Below, one piece after another: positions 1-11,481 of a stretch of DNA of 64,000 bases. The stretch spans positions 25,110,001 through 25,174,000 of the forward strand of contig NC_135901.1 of assembly GCF_964194155.1 (NCBI RefSeq). Reading direction: 5' to 3'. The translations under genes and the position numbers were made by a program. Each line of letters starts with the position of its first letter. The stretch's first letter is position 1. Below the pieces are notes generated by a model. That model searched no databases, was not told the origin of the DNA, and was given only the letters and a program-made list of their open reading frames with translations. The DNA is from Cetorhinus maximus (Eukaryota).

Positions 1-46
1 TCAAATTACTAGTCCAGTGACATTGCTACTACGCCACTGTCTCTCC
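1..46 (-). mobile_element. 5' tRNA-derived head of a SINE, cut by window edge (same family as 27917-28259)
   Basis: Reverse complement GGAGAGACAGTGGCGTAGTAGCAATGTCACTGGACTAGTAAT matches the head at 27917 and has an A-box-like TGGCGTAGTAG. Confidence 0.7.
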
Positions 47-167
47 ATTTGATGGGCCAAATGGTCTCCTTCTGTGCTGGACCATTCCATGATGACCCAG
101 TCGAATGGTGAAACAAGCTCGGTGGACTGAATGGCCTGCTCCTGTCCCTACTGTGCGCAGTTCTCCT

Positions 168-685
168 TACCTAAGGGTATACTTGCCATAGAGGGAGTGC
201 AATGAAGGTTCACTAGGCTGATTGCTGGGGTGGCAGGATTGTCATATGAGGAGAGATTGGGCTGACTAGGCCTGTATTCACTGAAGTTTAGAAGAATGAG
301 AGGGGATCTCATTGAAACGATAAAATTCTGACAGGGCTGGACAGACTGGATGCAGGGATGATGTTTCCTCTGGCTGGTGGGGTGGTCTAGAACAAGGGGT
401 CATAGTCACAGGATATGGGGTAGGCCATTTAGGGCTGAGATGAGGAGAAACGTCTGCACTCAGAGGGTGGTGAACCTGTGGAATTCTCTACCACAGAGGC
501 TGTGGAGGTCAAGTCACTGAGCATATTTAAGAAGGAAATAGATGGATTTCTAGACTCTAAAGGCACCAAGGGGTATGGGGAGAGCACGGGAGTGTGGCGT
601 TGAGATAGAGGATCAGCAATGACCATATTGAATGGCGGAACAGACTTGAAGGGCCGAATGACCTACTCCTGCTCCTATTTTCTAT
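168..685 (+). mobile_element. CR1/HER1-type LINE 3' fragment
   Basis: Degenerate ORF2 C-terminus (YEERL..LGLYSL.FRRMRGDLIE, QRVVNLWNSLP) and tail GGGCCGAATGACCTACTCCTGCTCCTAT; two further tail fragments at 47-150. Confidence 0.9.
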
Positions 686-814
686 AGCCAGGATTTTATG
701 GCCCCACCGCGGCGTGTCTCTCCCCCAGCGGACGCGGCGAGCCATTTAAATCTCCATTTAGGTCGGCAGAACCGTAATATCAAGCCGGGCAGGAGGGGCC
801 ATAAAATCCTGGTC
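686..814. mobile_element. 129-bp MITE, PIF/Harbinger-like
   Basis: TIRs AGCCAGGATTTTATGGCCCC / GGGGCCATAAAATCCTGGTC and 3-bp TSD TAT (683-685, 815-817); inserted in a CR1 tail. Confidence 0.8.
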
Positions 815-1074
815 TATGTTTCCAAACGGTCAAGTTCAGTCTTGTGATGTTCACCAATTGCCTGGTATCTAAATGGATGACCGGAAGAGAGACCTTGTTC
901 TGGCTGTGACTGATGCGCAAGTGACTGGCTCCAGGAAGGGTAGTGGGAAAAAGACTGAGGACCTCTTTGGCGGCGGGTGGGGTCACTGAGGCGTGATGTC
1001 GGTAGCTGCGAGGCCCAACGCCCTTCAGGGCCCCCCCCGCCTATCGATAAGCAGGACCGAACTAACGGTTTTAC

Positions 1075-1353
1075 CTCCAGATAGGCAACCCAGGGCATCA
1101 TCAGCATGGCCACCAGTAGGTCTGCCACAGCCAGGCTGACGATGAGGTAGTTGGTGGTGGTCTGCAGTGCCCTCTCCCTGGACACTGCCATGCACATCAG
1201 CACATTGCCAAACACCACCACAAAGATCAGGAGGCTGAGCAATGCCGCGTAGTAATTGTAGCAATGCCTCCACTGCTCACCGGCTGAGTTGCTCCAGGGC
1301 CCCAGCTCCTTCATCTGCGAGTCATTCAGGGCAGCCACGTTTGGAGCAGCCAT
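1075..1353 (-). CDS. DRD2: First coding exon (93 codons; N-terminus, TM1, TM2) of a dopamine D2-type receptor (DRD2 or the drd2l paralogue)
   Basis: MAAPNV...[62 protein letters not shown] closely matches D2 receptor TM1-TM2; phase-0 donor CTGGAG|GTAA at 1075/1074, the usual DRD2 intron position; N-glycosylation sequon NDS. The exact paralogue cannot be resolved. Confidence 0.85.
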
Positions 1354-1491
1354 TGGCCGCGACCTCTGAACTCCAACCTCCTCAGTAGCATGCAGAGGAA
1401 AGAAGGCAAAAGATTTAACTCCAACCAAGTGGGAAAATGGTGCAACAATACCGGCCATCCAGGCACCAAGGGTAAAAAGGAAGCAATAGCG

Positions 1492-1790
1492 GCAACAACA
1501 ACTTATCTAGCGCCTTTAACATGGCAAAGCGTCCCAAGGTGCTTCATAGGAGCATTATTACATTTGACACCGAGCCACATAAGGAGATATTGTGGCCAAT
1601 AATTCGGTCAAAGAGGTCAATTTTTAAGGGGTATCTTAAAGGAGGAGAGAGAGAGAGAGAGAGAGTCTGAGAGGTTTAGCGAGGGAATTCCAGAGCTTAG
1701 GGCCCCTGGCAGCTAAAGGCACGGCCGCCAATGGTGGAGCGATGGGAATCAGGGGATGCTCAAGAGGGCAGGATTGAGGAACGCAGGGAG
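1492..1790 (-). mobile_element. L2 LINE 3' end
   Basis: Reverse complement ends ...CTTGGGACGCTTTGCCATGTTAAAGGCGCTAGATAAGTTGTTGTTG; same family at 26304-26548 and 27712-28318. Confidence 0.8.
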
Positions 1791-2741
1791 GGTTAGATCA
1801 GATGATCTGGTCATTAACCGCCTTGAAGTTGGCGGGATCTTGCTGTGTTTAATTTGGCACCTGCCTTTGGTACTTCCGTGATTTGTTGGAAAAGGCTTTG
1901 GGACATGGGCAGGTCCAAAACAATAGTTCTCTAAAGTGTTCATATAAACAACCCTCAAACAGTGCCTCTTAGTCCAATCTAGTTGGCTTTGTCCAACAGT
2001 AAAGATTATGGTCGGCAAAGGTGTCATCTCAAGATGTTCAACTGTAACTTAATCCGATTCCATTAAAACTGCCTCATCAAGACATTTATTAAATCAATAA
2101 AACCTCTTGTATGTCAAGCATTGTGCACAGACCATTAATAAGCACTAATCAGTTCACATGAGGGATGTGTGTTCACAATACCTTGAGAAGATAATTATAT
2201 GAAATCTATCAGCAGCCATGATATGAACTACACAATTGTGGTCCCCAAACTATTGTTAACTCATTCATTGTATGTCGACTGGTCTACACACAGAATTAAA
2301 TTACTCAATAGATAATGATCTGCAGAGGTAGGATTATACTCAGGGACAAAAACCCACCAGTCTGCTATGCCCCCTCCCCTCTCTCTCTCTAGATTCTTTC
2401 CCTACATAAATCCGCCTCGTCCTCTCTACTTACCTCTTTGAAGACTGCCCAATCCTCTCCTCTCTTCCTGCTAAGTGGACCTCCAAGCCCAATGTAAACC
2501 ACATGGGCCAATCTCACCGGGTATCAACCAGCCAATCCTGTCCCTCAGGCCAACCCTCGGGTACCCTCCTCTCTCTTCTGAGGTTAAAAGCAGGGGAGGG
2601 AGGAAATGCGTGAGGAAGGAACGAGGGAGAATGGAAGGGAAGGAAGGATGGAGGAATGAAAGGAATAAATTGGGGAAATTGGTTGGAAGGGAGGAAGGAA
2701 GGGAGGGAGGGAGGAAAAATATGAGGGAAGGAAAGAATAAA

Positions 2742-3090
2742 CCACTGGATTCCATCCGACCCTTTCTCTCCTCTATAACCCAATGGATTCCACCCTGACC
2801 CTCTCCCCTCTGTAAAAACAACTGGATCCCATCCTGACCCTTTCTCCTCTGTAAAAACCACTGGGTTCCACCCTGACCCTCTCTCCTCTGTAAAAATAAC
2901 TGGATCCCATCCTGACCCTCTCTCCTCTCTATAACCGACTGGATTCCACCCCGACCCTCTCTCCTCTGTATAACCAACTGGAATCCATCCTGACCCTCTC
3001 TCCTCTGCATAACCCACTGGATTCCACCATGACCCCCTTTCCTCTGCATAGCCCACTGGATTCCACCCAGACACTCTCTCCTCTGTATAA
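2742..3090. repeat. 39-bp minisatellite, about 9 copies
   Basis: Unit CACTGGATTCCACCCTGACCCTCTCTCCTCTGTATAACC; 13-aa periodicity in ORF 2514..3074. Confidence 0.9.
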
Positions 3091-3091
3091 A

Positions 3092-3610
3092 CAGGGAGAG
3101 AGAGAGAAAGAGTCGGAGGCCAGGGGAACGGGATAGAAGGAGAGAGACCAGGAGAAATGGGAGAGTGGGAGAGAAAGAGACAGAGTTGGGATTCAAACCC
3201 TCAATTTTCCAAAGGCGGGGGTGGAAGAGCGCGAAGGGAGAGGTGGGGGGGGGGGGGGGTGTGGTGGGGGGTGGGGGGAAGAGAGAAAGAGAGGGAGGGA
3301 GACAGAAAGGGGAAGAGAGAGAGAGGGAGAGAGGCAGAGGGAAGGGGGTTGAGGGGGAGAGAGGGGAGAAAGAGAGAAATTGAGGTAGAGAGGAAGAACA
3401 GATTAGAGGAGAAGGAGGGGGAGAGAGAGAGAGCAAGAAAGGGTGATGATGAATGGGGATGGAAGAAAGGGAAAGGGGAGAGAGAGAGCAGGAGGCGGGG
3501 TGGGTGAGAGAGGGAGAGAAGGAGAGGGAGACCAGGGGAAATGAGAGAGTGGGAGAGACAGAGAGGGAGACCTTGGCGAATGAGAGAGCAGGAGAGAAGG
3601 AGAGAGAGAC
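3092..3610. repeat. Polypurine (G/A) low-complexity tract with G runs
   Basis: Almost pure G/A sequence; long G run at about 3245-3259. Confidence 0.9.
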
Positions 3611-4683
3611 TTTTTTAAAAATTCATTCATGGGATTTGAGCTTCGCTGGCTGGGCCAGCATTTATTGCCCATCGCTAATTGCCCTTGAGAAGGTGGTGGT
3701 GAGCTGCCTTCTTGAACCGCTGCAGTTCCTGTGGTGCAGGTACATCCACAGTGCTGTTAGGGAGGGGGTTCCAGGATTTTGACCCAGCGACAGTGAAGGA
3801 ACGGCCGATATATTTCCAAGTCAGGATGGTGAATGACTTGGGGGGGCATTTCCAGGTGGTGGTGTTCCCATCTATCTGCTGCCCTTGTCCTTCTAGATGG
3901 TAGTGGTCTTAGGTTTAGAAGGTGCTGTCAAAGGAGTCTTGGTAAATACCTGCAGTGCATCTTGTAGATGGTACACACTGCAGCGACTGTGCATCGATGG
4001 TGGAGGGAGTGAATGTTTGTGGATGGGTTGCCAATCAAGCGGGCTGCTTTGTCCTGGACAGTGTCCAGCTTCTTGAGTGTTGAGGGAGCTGCACTCATCC
4101 AGGCAAGTGGGGAGTATTCCATCAGACTCCTGACTTGTGCCTTGTAGATGGTGGACAGGCTTTGGAGAGTCAGGGGGTGGGTTACTCATCGCAGGATTCC
4201 TAGCCTTTGACCTGCTTTGTAGCCACGGTATTTATATGGCTCCTCCAGGTCTTAGTAAGGAGGACTTAGGGTCGACGGGGCTGAGATTGCTGTTGTCGTT
4301 TCCGATGCCTATGTCAATGCCGGATGGCCCATCCAGTTTCGTTCCTTTGTCGAGACTTTGTAGTGGTTTTGAGTGGCAGCTCGGCCATTTCAGAGGGCAG
4401 TTAGGAATCAACCACATTGCTGTGGGTCTGGGGTCACATGTAGGCCAGACCAGGTAAGGATGACAGATTTCCCTCCCTAAAGGGGCATTAGTGAACCAGA
4501 TGGGTTTTTACAACAATCGACAATGGTTTCATGGTTATCGTAGGACTTTTAATTCCAGATTTTTAATAAATTCAAATTCCACCATCTGAATCCACTACCA
4601 TTCGAACCCGGGTCCCCAGAGCATTACCCTGGGTCTCTGGATGATTAGTCAGGCGACAATACCACTATGCCATCGCCTGCCCT
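3611..4683 (-). mobile_element. Internally deleted copy of the tRNA-headed CR1-group LINE (see 49766-53002)
   Basis: A box TGGCATAGTGG (4672-4662), B-box-like GGTTCGAA (4608-4601), SINE core, start of endonuclease ORF, then a jump at about 4245 to the RT C-terminus (MEYSPLAWMSAAPSTLKKLDTVQDKAARLI) and the 3' tail. Confidence 0.85.
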
Positions 4684-5330
4684 AACTGGGGAGTGGGAGA
4701 GCGGGAGAGAAGGAGAAAGAGACCGGAAAGAATGGGAGAGCAGGAGACAAGGAGGGAGAGACCGTGGAGAATGGGAGACTGGGAGAGAACGAGAGAGAGA
4801 CAAGGGGGAGTGGGAGAGTGGGAGAGAAGGAGAGAGAGACTAGAGAGAACGGGAGAGCGGGAGAGAGAGAGACCGGAGAGAATGGGAGAGCGGGAGAGGA
4901 GAGAGAGGCCATGGGGAGTGGGAGAGTGGGAGGGAAGGAGAGACCGGGGAGAATGGGAGAGCGGGAAAGGAGGAGACACCAGGGGTGTGGGAGAGAAGGA
5001 GAGGGAGACCGGTGTAGTGGGACAGCGGGAGGAAAGGAAAGGGAGACCGGGAGGGAAGGAGAGAGAGACCAGGGGAGTGGGATAGCAGAAAGAAAGGGAG
5101 GGAGGGAGACCAGGGAGTGGGAGAGCGGGAGAGAAGGAGAGAAAGGCAGACCGGTGAGAATGGGAGAGAGGGTGGGAAGGAGAGGGAGACCAGGGGGAGT
5201 GGGAAAGTGGGAGAGAAGGAGAGAGAGAACGGGGAAGTGGGAGAGCGGGAGGGAAGGAGAGAGAGAGCGGGGGGAGTGGGAGAGCGGGAGAGGAGGAGAG
5301 GGAAAATGGAAGAGCGGGAGAGGGAGGCGG
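4684..5330. repeat. Degenerate GA-rich minisatellite (GGGAGTGGGAGAGCGGGAGAGAAGGAGAGAGAGACC-like)
   Basis: Repeated purine motif; source of spurious Leu/Ser/Pro and Arg/Glu/Gly ORFs. Confidence 0.85.
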
Positions 5331-5435
5331 ATATGACAGAGAACCAGAATAAAACAGTGTAAAAAAACAAGCAAACGTGCTAGTTAGTGACTGTGGAGGG
5401 TGCACAATCCTGTGTGTGGGCAGAAATAAATGAAT

Positions 5436-5775
5436 CATAAAATCTTACAACACAGGAAAAGGCCATTCAGCCCATTGTGCCTGTGCCGGCTCTCTGAAAG
5501 ATCTATCCAATTAGTCCCACTTCCCCCAGGTCGCTCTTTCCCCCATAGCCCTGCAAACATTTCCCCTTCAAGTATTTATTCAATTCCCCTTTTTTAAAGT
5601 TCCTGTTGAATCTGCTTCCACCGCCGTTTCAGGCAGCGCCTCCCAGATCACAACAATCGCTGTGTAAAAAAAAAAAATTCCCCTCATCTCCCACTCTGGT
5701 TATTTTCCCGATTCTCTTCAATCTGTGTCCCTCTGTTCACCGACCCTCCGGCCGCTGGAAACAGTTTCTCCTTGT
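5436..5775 (-). mobile_element. CR1-type LINE 3' end
   Basis: AGGCCATTCAGCCCATTGTGCCTGTGCCGGCTC is the reverse complement of the CR1 tail; a similar copy lies at 7375-7510. Confidence 0.75.
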
Positions 5776-6087
5776 TTACTCCAGCGAAAACCCTGATGGT
5801 CGTAGGGAAGGTGTCACGATATCAATGCCCAACCATTTACAGCTCAAATAGCTGACTGTGAAGGTGCCAGGCTTTACCAGGTGTGGCAGGAGGGCACAAC
5901 AGCCGTTTCCCAGCTCCGTACTGATTTCCCCGGAGCTGTCCCCGCTCCCCTGCGAGGGAGGCAGTGCGGCACCTTCGAGAGGGAGTGGGTTACCACAGGG
6001 CGGTACAAATACATTTTGACAGGACTTAACCCAATGAGTTTGGATATAGAAAGAAAGCTTGGCAGAAATTTTGCTCCTGTTCACCAA

Positions 6088-6720
6088 ATTGTGCAGCACT
6101 AAAGGAGACCATTCAGCCCATCGAGTCCATGCCAGCACTTCTGACGAGCGATCGGGTTAGTCCCACTACCACCCCCCCCCCCCCCCCCACACCCTAACTC
6201 TTTCCCTTAAATGCTATTCACCTCGACCACTATGGGAGCGAGTTCCACATTCTCCCCACTCTCTGGGTAAATTCTCCTGAATTCCCCATTGGATTTATTA
6301 ATGACTATCTTATATTGATAACTACTAACCACCCCTACCCCCACCGCCCAGTTCTGGTCTCCTCCACACCTTCTCTACGTCTACCCGCTCGAAACCCTTT
6401 CATCATTTTAAGGACCTCGATCAGGTCACCCCCTTAGCCTTCTCTTTTCTGGAGAAAAGAGCCCCAGCCTGTTCAGTCTTTCCTGATGGGTATAACCTCT
6501 CAGATCTGGAATCATCCTTGTAAATCTTATTTGTTTTGCATCTTCTCCAGTGCCTCTATATCCTTTTTTATAATACGGAGGCCAGAACCGTGCACAGTGC
6601 TCCCATCGCTCGATATAAGGTAGAACAAAACCTCTGTTTTTCAATGCTCACCCTCTAGAAATGAAACCAAGTGCTTATAGCTCTTTTAAATGTCTCTATC
6701 AACCTGCGTCACCAACTTTT
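6088..6720 (-). mobile_element. CR1-type LINE 3' fragment
   Basis: ORF 6426..6644 RFWPPYY...RFTRMIPDLRGY..ERLNRLGLFS.EKRRLRG. Confidence 0.85.
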
Positions 6721-7632
6721 CGCCATTGGCGTTTCATTCCTGTCTGCTCCACTTGATAATTTGGTGTTGAAAATTGGGTAGCACATTCACTTCCGCTCCG
6801 TCCCGAGGCCGAGTTCCTCCTTGCAAGTCTCCTTCCGCTCTTCCTTCCCTGCAGCATCCACAGAGCGGAGAGTCTCACTCCGGTAGAGAGAGACGTTCTC
6901 GATCATTCAGGGGTGCACTAGTGCTGCCTGTACCGAACTCTCAGCACAGCCTGTCTCTCCCTTACACACACACATATACACACACACACGCACCATCAGA
7001 GACCTGCTCTCCTCAACATCATCCCTCTCCCTGACAGCTTGATGTTCTCTCACATTAAGCCAGACACCCAATCGGAATACAACTCAACAGACCAGAAATT
7101 AATTCCCCCAGCTAACCATTGCAGTCCTGGGGAGGGGTTTAAGAGTTGAGGGATCCCGCCTGTGGCTTCACACGTCCATCACTCGCCTCTTAGCAGCAGA
7201 TAAGGGTTTAGTGAGAAATCGAAGTACAGCCAGAATTAAACATTTAGCAAGGAGAGAGAATATTAAATTCGCTAAGTGTCTGTCGACTACCACTGGGTCT
7301 CACCGTGTTTCACCTTACCATTTATCTGTTTAATCCATTGGTTTCCTGCAACGAAGGGACGCCACCAAATTTATGAGAATTAGAGCACAGGTGGAGGCCA
7401 TTCGGCCCATCGTGCCTGTGCTGGTTCTTTGAAAGGTCTATCCAATTAGTCCAACTGTCCCCCCTGCTCTTCCCCCCACGGCCCTGCAAGTATTTTCCCC
7501 TTCAAGTAGATGAAGTAATTAGTTACAAGTTAGCTAATCTTAGGCAGGTAATTAGCAAGTGCTACAACTTTTAGACACAGTGATCCCGGACGAGAGCAGG
7601 AATACCCAGCTCTCACTCCTAGAGCCATAGAA

Positions 7633-7960
7633 GGTCTTGCATTTGTCTAGCGCCTTTCACTGCTTAAGAACGTCCCAAAGAACATCACAACCAATTATAT
7701 TACTTCCTGAAATGTTGTCCCTGTTGCAATGAGACACCATTTTGTGCACTGCAAGCTCCCACAAAGAGCAACGTGATAATGACCCAGATCATCGGTTGGG
7801 GATAAATATTGGCCCCAGGACACCGGGGAGAACTTCCCCCTGTTCTTCTTCCAAATAGCGGCCATGGGATCGTTTATATCCACCAGAGAAAGCAAACGAA
7901 GTGGTGGTTTAACGTATCACCTGATAAACGTCTCCAGCCGTGCAGCACTCCCTCAGTGCT
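7633..7960 (-). mobile_element. DeuSINE (Deu domain plus L2-type tail)
   Basis: Reverse complement carries Deu-domain motifs GAGGGAGTGCTGCAC...GTTAAACC...GATCCCATGGC...GAAGAAGAACAGGGGGAAGTTCTCCCCGGTGTCCTGG..CCAATATTTATCCC, followed by the L2 tail AAAGGCGCTAGACAAATGCAAG. Confidence 0.8.
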
Positions 7961-8335
7961 CACCATCCGACATTGCAGCATTCCCTCAGTACTGACCCTG
8001 CGACAGTGCGGCACTACCTCAGCACTGACCCTCCGACAGTACAGGGCTCCCTCAGTACTGTCCCTGCGACAGTGCAGCACTCCCTCAGTACTGACCCTCC
8101 AACAGTACAGCACTCCCTCAATACTGACCCTCTGACAGTGCAGCGCACCTTCATTACTGACTATCCAACAGTGCAGCTCTCCGTTGGCACTGACCCTCCA
8201 ACAGTGCCGTGCTCCCTCAGTACTGATCCTCCGGCAGTATAGCACTCCCTCAGTACTGACTCTCCGACAGTGCAGCGCTCCCTCAGTGCTGATGCTCCAA
8301 CAGTGCAGCGCTCTCTCAGTACTGACCCTCCCTCA
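7938..8335. repeat. 33-bp minisatellite, about 12 copies
   Basis: Unit CAGTACTGACCCTCCGACAGTGCAGCACTCCCT; 11-aa periodicity (STDPPTVQHSL) in ORF 7940..8242. Confidence 0.92.
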
Positions 8336-8339
8336 GTTG

Positions 8340-9280
8340 GGAGAAATGGATTTTCATTCATGAGCTACTAGCACCAACAATGGGGAAAGAGGGAACAACA
8401 GCATTGGGGTGGCCTTCACTTAAACCATACTGGGATCAGTGCCCAGGTGAATCACATAGCTGGGCTGTAGAGTGGGCTTTAAACTAAATAGTGGAGGAGG
8501 GGGCACGTTTGGGATGAAGGGAAAGTTAGAAAGTTGATGGGAAAGGACAAGGCAATAGTGCAGGCTAGCAATATGGATAATGATAACCAGAGTGTGATAG
8601 GAAGGAACAGAATGTAGAAATATAAGAGTGCAACAGCAAACAGGGTCAGAGTAGGGAAAACTGACAGAAAGACAGGTTTAAAAGCTCTTTATCTGAATGC
8701 TTCAGCATTTGTAACAAGATGTATGAATTGATGGAAGAAATAGAAATAAAGGTGTATGATATCACAGCCATTACAGGGATGTGTTTGCAACGTTATTAAG
8801 GTAGGGGGCTGAATATTCAGGAGTATTTGACATTTCTGAAGGAATGAACAAAATGAAAAATTCAAGGGGTTAGGTATGGTAATAAAGGCTGAAATCAGTA
8901 CAGTCATGAGAAATGATCTTGGCTCAGAAGATGAAGATGGGGAATCAGCTTGTTTGGAGATAATACAAGTAAGGGTAAGAAGCCACTGTTGGGAGTATTT
9001 TATATGTCACCGAGCGATCATAACATGAAAGAATGTTATATTCAATTTGACGATGAGAAACAGGGTCTGAAACAGTGTCTTAAAGTTAAATAAAGGCAAC
9101 TACAAAGGTCTGAACTCAGAGTTTGGCAGCAGTGGACCAGAAAAATATGTTGAAAGATAAGGCTGTATATAGGGAGTGGCAGATATTTAATTCATAACTC
9201 TGAACAACAATGTATTCCATTGACAAAGAATGACTCTATGAGAAGGATGCATAATCCATAGTTAACTAAGAAACTTAAGT
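8340..9280 (+). mobile_element. Old, degenerate CR1 fragment (ORF1 end and APE endonuclease region)
   Basis: LKALYLNA-like APE start at about 8680, YDITAIT and KGNYKG motifs with many disruptions. Confidence 0.6.
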
Positions 9281-10747
9281 ATGGCCACGGGGGAGGTGCC
9301 AGGGGACTGGAGAACAGCTAATGTGGTTCCGCTATTTAATAAGGGTTGTAGAGATAAGCCAGGGAACTATAGGCTAGTGAATCTCACGTCAGTGGTAGGG
9401 AAACTATTGGAGAAAGTTCCGGAGGAGAGTGCCTATCTCCACGTAAAGAGGCAAGGTTTGATCAGGGATAGTCAGCATGGCTTTGTCAGAGGGAGGTCAT
9501 GCCTAACAAATTTGATTGAATTTTTTGAGGAGGTGACCAGGTGTTTAGATGAGGGTAGTGCGGTTGATGTAGTTCATATGGATTTCAGCAAAGCTTTTGA
9601 CAAGGTCCCACATGGGAGACTTATAAAGAAGGCAAATGTACATGGGATACAGGGTAATTTGATAAGGTGGATTCAAAATTGGCTTAGTTGTAGGAGACAG
9701 AAGGTGATGACAGAAGGCTGCTTTAGTGACTGGAAGCCAGTGTCCACAGGGATCTGTGCTGGGTCCCCTATGAGTCGTCATTTATATAAATGACATCGAT
9801 GACTATGTGGGGGGTAGGATTACTAAGTTTGTGGATAACACAAAGATTGGCCGGGTGGTTAACAGTGAGGTTGAGTGTCTTGGACTACAGGAAGATATAG
9901 AAGATGGTCAAATGGGCAGATAAGTGGCAGATGGAATTTAACCCCAAAAAGTGTGAGGTGATACACTTTGGAAGGAGTAATTTCACAAAGAAGTATTCAA
10001 TGAACGGCATGACACTATGAAGTTCTGAGGAACAAAGAGACCTTGGTGTGTGTGTCCATAGATCTCTGAAGGCACAGGGGCGTGTTAGTTGGGTGGTGAA
10101 AAAAGCACATGGGACGCTTGCCTTTATCAATCGAGGCATAGATTACAAAAGTAGGGAGATCATGTTGGAGTTGTATAGAACCTTGGTGAGGCCACAGCTG
10201 GAGCACTGTGTGCAGTTCTGGTCGCCACATTAAAGGAAGGATGTGATTGCACTGGACGGGGTACAGAAGAGATTCACCAGGATGTTGCCTGGTATGAAAC
10301 ATTTAAGTTATGAAGAGAGGTTGGGTAGACTTGGGTTGTTTTCGTTGGAGCAGAGAAGACTGAGGGGCGACCTGATCGAGTGTACAAGATTATGAGGGGC
10401 ATGGACAGGGTGGATAGGAAGCAGCTGTTCCCCTTAACTGAAGGGTCAGCCACGAGGGGACATAAGGTCAAGGTGAGGGGAAAGGAGGTTTAGGGGGGAT
10501 GTGAGGAAAAACTTTTTTACCCAGAGGGTGGTGACAGTCTGGAATGCACTACCTGGGAGGGTGATGGAGGCGGGTTGCCTCACATCCTTTAAAAAGTACC
10601 TGGATGAGCACTTGGCATGTCATAACATTCAAGGCTATGGGCCAAGTGCTGGTAAATGGGATAAGGTAGGTAGGTCAGGTGTTTCTCACGTGTCGGCGCA
10701 GACTCAATGGGCCAAAGGGCCTCTTCTGCACTGTGTGATTCTGTGAT
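9281..10747 (+). mobile_element. CR1/HER1-type LINE, RT to 3' end
   Basis: ORF 9281..9793 PGDWRTANVVPLF...SQHGF.RGRSCLTNLIEFF...DFSKAFDKVPH; RPQLEHCVQFWSPH; WNALP; tail. Confidence 0.95.
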
Positions 10748-10748
10748 G

Positions 10749-10925
10749 AATCACCAGGATATTCACACTGGGGAAAGGCCATTCGTCTGTTCAATCATAA
10801 GATTGAATTCACTCATTCATCCAATCTCCAGTGGCAGTTCACACTGGGCTGAGGCTGTTCGTCTGCTCCATGTATCAGAAAGGATTCGCTCAGTCATTTA
10901 AACTTCCAACACATCAGCGAGGTGT
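10749..10925 (+). pseudogene. C2H2 zinc-finger remnant (1-2 decayed fingers)
   Basis: [14 protein letters not shown] and GGATTCGCTCAGTCA..CAACACATCAGCGAG motifs. Confidence 0.55.
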
Positions 10926-11136
10926 GTGTGTGTGTCTGAGCACATGGGTGTGCATGTGTTTGAGTTTGTGTGTGTGTGTGTGTGCTGCTTCTCATTAGCT
11001 GTAACACAAACCATCCTCTCCAAGCAGATGATGTTCCATCGAGCGATTTGAATGGTACCATTCAGGGATTCCTCTTCCAGGGTGAAACCACAGGCTGACT
11101 GCGTCCTGCGGTAAAACCTGACATCTACACAACCAG

Positions 11137-11364
11137 TAAAATAAAAGCAAAATACTCGGATGCTGAAAATCTGAAATAAAAACAGAAAATGCTGGAAAAA
11201 ACTCAGTCTTGCAGAATATGTGGAGAGAGAAACAAAGTAAACGTTTCGAGTCTGTATGATGCTTTGAAGAAGAGTCATATGGATTCAAAACATTAACTCT
11301 GCCTCTCTCTCCACAGATGCTGTTAGGCCTGCTGAGTGTTTCCAGCATCTTCTGTTTTTACCTT
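11137..11364. mobile_element. Penelope-like terminal-repeat insertion with two inverted arms and decayed hammerhead motifs
   Basis: TAAAAGCAAAATACT..GATGCTG..AAAAACTCAG...ACGTTTCGAGTC followed by an inverted copy; flanking duplication CACAACCAG (11128-11136, 11365-11373). Confidence 0.8.
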
Positions 11365-11481
11365 CACAACCAGACCTCACTTCTCCTGGAACAACATTAA
11401 GTGTCCGTTGTTTTCCAGATCCCTTTCTTTCCCCTCACTATGACCCTTAGATTTTTCACAGCTTCCTTGTGTGCATCATCC

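Noticed and set aside
814-1458. The full 214-aa ORF as a protein
   Set aside because: Only 1353-1075 resembles the receptor; the rest is read-through past the GT donor and sequence upstream of the ATG.
1749-2350. ORF 1749..2027 and adjacent unique sequence
   Set aside because: No recognisable domain or splice support, and it partly overlaps an L2.
2471-5438. Long Leu/Ser/Pro-rich and Arg/Glu/Gly-rich ORFs
   Set aside because: Artefacts of stop-poor polypurine low-complexity DNA.
6780-6960. CpG-containing patch with CTTCCG (ETS-like) motifs as a promoter
   Set aside because: Short, lacks the motif set of the other modules, and cannot be tied to a gene from sequence alone.
7938-8335. CRISPR-like appearance of the 33-, 34- and 39-bp repeats (also 2742-3090 and 44240-44535)
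   Set aside because: Head-to-tail units with no unique spacers, no cas genes, and a vertebrate context; these are minisatellites.
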